64,000 bases of DNA, taken from the NCBI GenBank assembly GCA_963751455.1, contig CAVVUN010000001.1, positions 512,001 to 576,000 on the forward strand, read 5' to 3'. The notes below the pieces were generated by a model that ran no database searches, had not been told where the DNA came from, and was given only the letters and a program-made list of their open reading frames with translations. The DNA comes from Nitrospirota bacterium (GTDB lineage Bacteria > Nitrospirota > UBA9217). The position numbers and the translations under genes were made by a program. Positions 58,690-64,000 of the stretch are shown here, in pieces; positions within the stretch are counted from its first letter, which is position 1; each line of letters begins with the position of its first letter.

Positions 58690-59957
58690 CGATTCTTCCC
58701 CACGGCCTCTTCTTTCTTCCATCTCGTGCGCCTGAGCTCAGCGCCCCGGTAGGTTCCATCGGCCGTTTCCTTTTCAATGACCTTCATGAACAGCTTGGCC
58801 ATCCTCAGGTTCTGGCTGCTTTCCTGATAAAACGTATCCCAGGCATAATAATAAAGGTCCTGCAGGCGGGAGGCGGTCAGCTTCGCCGGTTGGTAAACCA
58901 CCGTGCCGCCCGTATAACGCCTCCAGTCATTCGAGAGAATTCTTCCCTCTTTCTGGAGGCTCTCGCGAATAGGCGTATGCGGGAACGGGGTGAGGATGGT
59001 GAATTCGGCCAGATCGAGGTTGATCTCGAGGAGAAAATCGACAAGCCGCTTGATATAATCCTCATCCTGTTCATCGGTCCCGAGAATGATCGTCCCCTCG
59101 ACCCCGATTCCCCGCTCCTGAAGGCGCTTCACCCGGTTTCTGATATGATCGGACGTGTCGAAGATCGCCTGGTACACGTACCAGCACCCGGCCTGGACCG
59201 CGAGATCGAGGATCTCGTCGTCATCCTTGATAGGATGGCAGACCCATTTCTTTTTAAGCGGGATCAAAGCCCTGAACAGGTCCTTCTCCCACTGGTCGTT
59301 CTGCGCCATCGAATTATCGACGAAAAACAGGCGGTTATTATCGATTGCGGCCACTTCGCGGACAACGTCATCTATCGGCCGGGGCCTGAATTCCCGCCCC
59401 CCGAGAAACGGCGTACAGCACGGGAAGCAGTTGAATCTGCAGCCTCTTGATGCATGGATCAGGTCCACCATCTGAACGCCCCGGTAGTTGTAGAGGTCCC
59501 GGTCGAGAATACTTCGCCGGGCCGGGCCGACGAACTTCATGTCGGGAAAATTCCACTGGAAATCGTATGTCTTTTTAAGTTGTCCCTTTTTGAGGTCCTC
59601 GATCACCTGCCCGAAGCGTCCCTCTGCTTCGCCGAGGAAAATAGCGTCCGCATGCCCACGGGTTTCGTCCGCATGCAGCATCGTTCCGATCCCGCCGAAA
59701 ATCACCGGAATGCCCCGCGCCCGGAAGGCGTCTGCTATTTCCCAGCCGCGCGGTATCTGGCAGGTCAGCATACAGGAGATCGCAACGAGGTCAACCTTCT
59801 CATCGAAATTGAGCGTCTGTACATGCTCGTCTATGAAGGTAAGTTCGTGTTCCGCGGGAACGGTCGCAGCAAAGCAGATGGGTCCATGCGGAGGGAGATG
59901 AAATTCTGTCTGCCGTTCGAGTTTCGGCCATTTCGGGTAAATAAGTTTAATCTTCAC
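58686..59957 (-). CDS. B12-binding radical SAM protein
   Basis: GEAE, SRGCRFNCFPC, TILTPFPHT. Confidence 0.88.
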   Translation of the reverse strand: MKIKLIYPKWPKLERQTEFHLPPHGPICFAATVPAEHELTFIDEHVQTLNFDEKVDLVAISCMLTCQIPRGWEIADAFRARGIPVIFGGIGTMLHADETRGHADAIFLGEAEGRFGQVIEDLKKGQLKKTYDFQWNFPDMKFVGPARRSILDRDLYNYRGVQMVDLIHASRGCRFNCFPCCTPFLGGREFRPRPIDDVVREVAAIDNNRLFFVDNSMAQNDQWEKDLFRALIPLKKKWVCHPIKDDDEILDLAVQAGCWYVYQAIFDTSDHIRNRVKRLQERGIGVEGTIILGTDEQDEDYIKRLVDFLLEINLDLAEFTILTPFPHTPIRESLQKEGRILSNDWRRYTGGTVVYQPAKLTASRLQDLYYYAWDTFYQESSQNLRMAKLFMKVIEKETADGTYRGAELRRTRWKKEEAVGKNR

Positions 59958-60085
59958 GGTAAAGCCTTTCTGTTTGAACTGTTTAATCCCTTACAGTGCC
60001 TATATTAAAACAATTTGCCGCAAAAATGCGCAAAAAGCGCAAAGGGAGATATTTGCTGGTCTTGGGTATTGCCTCGTTAAACAAT

Positions 60086-60751
60086 TTAATCCGTGTAAAC
60101 GGTTGTCTCCAATTTTCGTATCATGTCCGGCAAACTGATACTCGATTCTATAACAGATCGAACAGCAGTCAGCTCGGACAGAACTCCCGAGTCACGTTCT
60201 GAACTTTGCGACAGGACAAAGAAAACCGGTTCGTCCACTTCCGCGAGTCCTGCCAGGATAATCGGTGACTCGCCTGAAGCGATCATACCTGACGCGGTGT
60301 CCAGAACCCGGACAAGGGAAAGACCGCCCGCGTAATACATCGGCCCCTGCAAGCCGAAGTGAATCGCCGCTTCTCCGAGCGGGCTGGAAGGCAGCGTGTA
60401 AATAAAAAGATTCCCTCTCGACAGCTTCCTCCCGCCGTTTATATAATCACGGAAGAATTCGAGGTCCGCCCGGAGCGACCCCTCGCCGTTCGTCCCGATG
60501 ATGCCGATGTCCCGCTTTCGCTCCGGGGAATATTCGATGCCTGCATCCTGCATTGCAAGCGCAACGGCATAGGCAGTCGATCTGGAAACAGCGTCCATAC
60601 GCCCGAAATTCTTGAACGGGTGCGAAAAGATTCCCTTTTGCGGAAGCGAGTCCGCATCTTCGCCGTTCTCAAAAGCCTGCCGAAGACCGCTCCTGACGCA
60701 GCCGCAGCCCTCTTGTGTGAGCCAGCCTATTCCCCGGATGTAGATAGCCAT
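60086..60751 (-). CDS. Short beta-ketoacyl synthase N-terminal/chain-length-factor-like protein
   Basis: FGRMD, LFIYTLPS..LGEAAIHFGLQGP; no catalytic Cys. Confidence 0.72.
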   Translation of the reverse strand: MAIYIRGIGWLTQEGCGCVRSGLRQAFENGEDADSLPQKGIFSHPFKNFGRMDAVSRSTAYAVALAMQDAGIEYSPERKRDIGIIGTNGEGSLRADLEFFRDYINGGRKLSRGNLFIYTLPSSPLGEAAIHFGLQGPMYYAGGLSLVRVLDTASGMIASGESPIILAGLAEVDEPVFFVLSQSSERDSGVLSELTAVRSVIESSISLPDMIRKLETTVYTD

Positions 60752-60763
60752 ATCATCTATAGG

Positions 60764-60832
60764 TGTCATTTCGAACGCAGTGAGAAATCCTTCCAGTCGA
60801 AACGATAGATTTCTCCCTTCGGTCGAAATGAC
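60764..60832. repeat. TGTC-type REP-like element
   Basis: Homologous to 4821-4916. Confidence 0.75.
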
Positions 60833-60853
60833 CTTTTTTTCGAACCGTCTTCA

Positions 60854-61972
60854 TTATGCCAACACCAGCGCTGAATTTATCCCGCTGAACCCGGCATTCG
60901 TCATCAGCGCCAGGGTATTCTTCATGACCGGCCTTTGCTCAGCCGAAACCCACCCCGCTGCATCTAAGTCAGCCTCCTTCAGGTTGACGGTCGGCGGAAC
61001 AATTCCTTCCCGAAGAGCCCGGAGAGCAACGAGCATCTCAACGAGGCCCGCAGCGCCCATTGTATGACCGATGCCGCCCTTGATCGAGTAGACCGGCATT
61101 GGTGCGTCCCTGAATACGGCTTGAAACGCCCTCATCTCCATCGCGTCGTTGTACACGGTACCGGTTCCGTGGGCTCCTATAAAACCGATTCTGCCGGCGT
61201 CGACGCCTGCCGCTTTCAACGCCTTATTCACAGCCAGAATCAAGCCTTCGCTTTCGCGCGACGGACCGGTCATGTGATTTGCGTCGTCGGACAGGCCCCA
61301 TCCCGCGATTTCGCCGAGAATATTTCTCTTTTCCCTGTTTGCCCTCTCTTCGGTCATGACCAGTGCGTAGGCAGCTGCCTCGCCGACGGTGAGACCCGCC
61401 CTCTTCCTGTCGAAAGGCCTCGCAGGCTCTTTATCGAGCGCCATGAGCGAGGAGAAACCGGAAAAAATAAATTCCGTGACGCTGTCGCAGGCAACGACGA
61501 GCACGCAGTCGGCCTCGCCGCTTCTGATCATTGCCGCTGCCCTTCCCGCTGCCGCTGATGCGGATGTGCAGGCCGCGGAAACGATCATGCTCCCGCCCGC
61601 TGCCCCGCTCAGCTTCTCCACCTTTTCGAGGAGACGGCTTAAAGTCGAATCTTCCTCCGTCCCTCGCTTTTCGAGAACGTGCATTTCAAGAAGATCGATC
61701 TCGCCCTTTGTTGTAGCAAGAATCAACTTGGCGTCCCGGGGAATACCATCAGCCCTCCCGAAGAGGGTTGTCAGCATCTGGAGGACGAGAGAATCGGTCC
61801 CGTGATAGGTGAGCTCAGGAACAATTCCCGCAAACCGGGATTGGAACGCCCCGGTGTTGAATCTTGTCACCGCTGCGATGGCGGTCCTTCCCGCAGCAAT
61901 GCCCTGCCAGCAGGAGTCCGTCCCGTTTCCATACGGGGTCATCATGTCGGATGCGACAACGAGCGCTTTCAT
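60854..61972 (-). CDS. Beta-ketoacyl-ACP synthase
   Basis: AACTSA, AHGTGT..ND, GHTMGAAG. Confidence 0.88.
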   Translation of the reverse strand: MKALVVASDMMTPYGNGTDSCWQGIAAGRTAIAAVTRFNTGAFQSRFAGIVPELTYHGTDSLVLQMLTTLFGRADGIPRDAKLILATTKGEIDLLEMHVLEKRGTEEDSTLSRLLEKVEKLSGAAGGSMIVSAACTSASAAAGRAAAMIRSGEADCVLVVACDSVTEFIFSGFSSLMALDKEPARPFDRKRAGLTVGEAAAYALVMTEERANREKRNILGEIAGWGLSDDANHMTGPSRESEGLILAVNKALKAAGVDAGRIGFIGAHGTGTVYNDAMEMRAFQAVFRDAPMPVYSIKGGIGHTMGAAGLVEMLVALRALREGIVPPTVNLKEADLDAAGWVSAEQRPVMKNTLALMTNAGFSGINSALVLA

Positions 61973-62454
61973 GGACTGCGATGCATTTCCCCGGCTTTCC
62001 ATCTCTTCCGGCAGCTTTCAAGCAGAGCGGGCGAAATGATATAGGGTTCGCCGGTTTTGTGATCGGTAAAAATCTGGACCATATAGGCGCTCGTTGCGAT
62101 GCTGCCGTCTTCCTTGATCAACTGATACTCGGTGTTCATACGCGCGCCCTCATGCCAGATGAGCGAAGCGCGTATCGTGAACTCCTCGTCAAGGAAGAGC
62201 GACTGAAAATAATCGATATGGAGCTCGATGATCGGAGCCCTCAGCCCGGACTCAAAAAAATCCCGGTACGAGAGTCCGCACCGCCTGCCCAGTTCCTCAG
62301 AGGCTTCCTCAAAGAATAGCGGATATCTGCCGTGCCAGACGACCGCCATGAGATCCGTTTCATTGAAATGAACCCGCCGCTTTATCTCGACGACCACAGG
62401 CTCGGGAGCGCCCGGTGTTCGTTCGAAGTATGTTGTTTTTCTCCGTGGTTTCAT
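61969..62454 (-). CDS. Acyl-CoA/ACP thioesterase (4HBT hot-dog fold)
   Basis: V.F.ETD...VVWHGRY..FFE. Confidence 0.85.
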   Translation of the reverse strand: MKPRRKTTYFERTPGAPEPVVVEIKRRVHFNETDLMAVVWHGRYPLFFEEASEELGRRCGLSYRDFFESGLRAPIIELHIDYFQSLFLDEEFTIRASLIWHEGARMNTEYQLIKEDGSIATSAYMVQIFTDHKTGEPYIISPALLESCRKRWKAGEMHRSP

Positions 62455-62484
62455 ATGAAACGATTCAAGATCCTGACGACATCT

Positions 62485-63156
62485 TTACTCCCGGATCTCC
62501 TTCTGACGCACAATCAAGCGGTACCCGTGCCGGTAATTCGCGAGAATTATCCCCGCGGGATATAGTTTTCCGTTCTTGTGTTCGTAATCATAATAGGAAA
62601 CGCGCCAAACAGCCCTGTGGTCCTCCCGGTAGGTCTTTTTCAATAAGTTTCCCTCCGGCCCTGCAAATTCGTACTCGAGCGCCCCTTCACCCGCGCGCTC
62701 CCGGATAATCAGCGTATTCCTGCCGCTCCTTCTCCGCGAAACGCTCGAGGGGGTAAGATCGAGATATATCCGCTGAATGTCCTTCCCGACTGCTTCAGCT
62801 ATGTTGCCCGCCCGCGCAAGGGGCTCGATCGCGTACTGCCGGACGAGTCCGTTCCGGTCTCCCTCGAACTCGAAGAGTTTCACTCCAAGCTGGTTCATGC
62901 AGACAACCTTGTACCGGCCCCCGGCCCTGTCGATCTCTACATATCCTATTCCGGAAACAGTAAGCCAGCTGTGGTCAAACACAATGGTACTGACTAAACG
63001 AAATTGGTCGGGAACGACCGATCTGAATCGTTCGATGACCGCCTGCGGATCGGGATTATCAAGCGGCCCCGGTACCGGTTCGTTAAACGGTATACTCGTT
63101 GCGCACGCCGAAAGAACGCATACGGCGAAGCCTGCGAGCAGAAACGTCCTCATCAC
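62485..63156 (-). CDS. Lipoprotein of the fatty-acid cluster (DUF3261-like)
   Basis: LSAC lipobox, G.KLFE, cluster context. Confidence 0.6.
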   Translation of the reverse strand: MMRTFLLAGFAVCVLSACATSIPFNEPVPGPLDNPDPQAVIERFRSVVPDQFRLVSTIVFDHSWLTVSGIGYVEIDRAGGRYKVVCMNQLGVKLFEFEGDRNGLVRQYAIEPLARAGNIAEAVGKDIQRIYLDLTPSSVSRRRSGRNTLIIRERAGEGALEYEFAGPEGNLLKKTYREDHRAVWRVSYYDYEHKNGKLYPAGIILANYRHGYRLIVRQKEIRE

Positions 63157-63347
63157 GTCCCTTTCGACTCCTTCATTCCGCCGGGGCCGTGCGCGGGAAC
63201 CTGCGCCAACCCGGCGAAGCCGGACGATTCAGTGATCGCATCGATCGATCCTGCAATCAGTTCGGTAATCCCAAGGGGCTCCCTGGGGGAGGAGGACGGC
63301 AAAACTGATAACTGCACGGGAAACGGGCAGGCAAACAGGCCCGTCAT
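63153..63347 (-). CDS. Small hypothetical protein
   Basis: Overlaps both neighbours by 4 bp (ATGA, GTGA). Confidence 0.35.
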   Translation of the reverse strand: MTGLFACPFPVQLSVLPSSSPREPLGITELIAGSIDAITESSGFAGLAQVPAHGPGGMKESKGT

Positions 63348-64000
63348 CTTTGGGAACTCCGGGCTCTCACAGGCTTGACTTCAAAAGCGGCGTTTTCGAG
63401 CGGGACGTTCAGCAAGGTATTATTAAAATGTATCGTGGTAACGTCTCCCCCGACTTCCCTGATCCGGATCTGCTTCAGATACTTCTGGTCCTCTCGGAAC
63501 GTGATCGTAATGTTCTTGACGACTTTTTTGACGGCGTTTTTCTCGTTCGGGGAAAATTCAATTTCGAGCGGATCGCTGTTGATCCGGCGAATATCGTTCC
63601 CGGCAAGGAGCGAATTGTAGTCGCCGGAGAACCAGACCGTGAGCTGATTCAGAATGTTTTGAAAAACCGGATTCTTTCCGAGCGACAGCTCCTGTACTTT
63701 ATCGGTGTCTTCGTCCCATTGCCGTATAAGCTTGTCGGTGACAAGAATCGAGTATCGGACCGGAGAATCGACATGCCATGCGATCCTGTCCGGCTTCCGA
63801 AGATAGAGTCTTCCCTTCATGACGAGTTTATCCTTGAAGAGGGCCATTTCCTTTTCCTGGACAAACTCGGCTTTGAGCGTCGTGAAATCCGAAACTTTTT
63901 TCCCGAGCGCGATCAGAAAGGCCGACATGTCTTCGGATTCCTTCGAGCCCGCTTCGGAAGCAGTCCCTGGCCGGCCGGGCGCACAAAGGACCGCAAGAAC
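63344..64000 (-). CDS. LolA-like outer-membrane lipoprotein carrier (5' end outside the window)
   Basis: A.FVQEK, G.LYL.KP..IAW...P; frame stays open to the window edge. Confidence 0.8.
   Translation of the reverse strand, partial: VLAVLCAPGRPGTASEAGSKESEDMSAFLIALGKKVSDFTTLKAEFVQEKEMALFKDKLVMKGRLYLRKPDRIAWHVDSPVRYSILVTDKLIRQWDEDTDKVQELSLGKNPVFQNILNQLTVWFSGDYNSLLAGNDIRRINSDPLEIEFSPNEKNAVKKVVKNITITFREDQKYLKQIRIREVGGDVTTIHFNNTLLNVPLENAAFEVKPVRARSSQR

Noticed and set aside
57121-58752. 543-aa plus-strand ORF and the many similar plus-strand ORFs (for example 24..986, 5527..6540, 15564..16613)
   Set aside because: Antisense shadows of well-supported minus-strand genes, with no motifs

Overview
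This is a bacterial chromosomal window, almost all minus-strand genes; gene content suggests an anaerobic Nitrospirota/Desulfobacterota-like organism (inference). 1-20.4 kb: a Na/Pi cotransporter, a CBS/DHH tRNA nucleotidyltransferase, xerD, a haem-motif sensor kinase with a sigma54 regulator, and a PyrR-attenuated pyrimidine operon (pyrR-pyrB-pyrC-phosphoesterase-carA-radical SAM-carB-greA-pyrK-pyrD). 20.4-27.8 kb: trehalose genes (DUF5752-treT-treZ-treY). 32-48 kb: an AT-richer integron cassette region with many attC sites, a C-terminally truncated IntI with a LexA-like box, and candidate defence cassettes (DGQHR + GIY-YIG; TIR/NDT-like-TPR). It also holds two copies of an unusual HUH/Y1 transposase element with ~35-bp terminal inverted repeats and a tandemly re-iterated 9-mer (AACCTTTAG) at one end; all four element junctions truncate a neighbour. 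49-64 kb: hicBA and an aryl-polyene/ladderane-like type II fatty-acid cluster with three B12 radical SAM enzymes. Intergenic DNA is dense in REP-, MITE- and 7/9-mer inverted-repeat elements, one of which sits in frame inside carB. Several single-base frameshifts (pyrB, pyrC, treY, DUF5752) may be assembly errors. No rRNA, tRNA or CRISPR array was seen. All family calls come from motif recognition by eye, not database searches.
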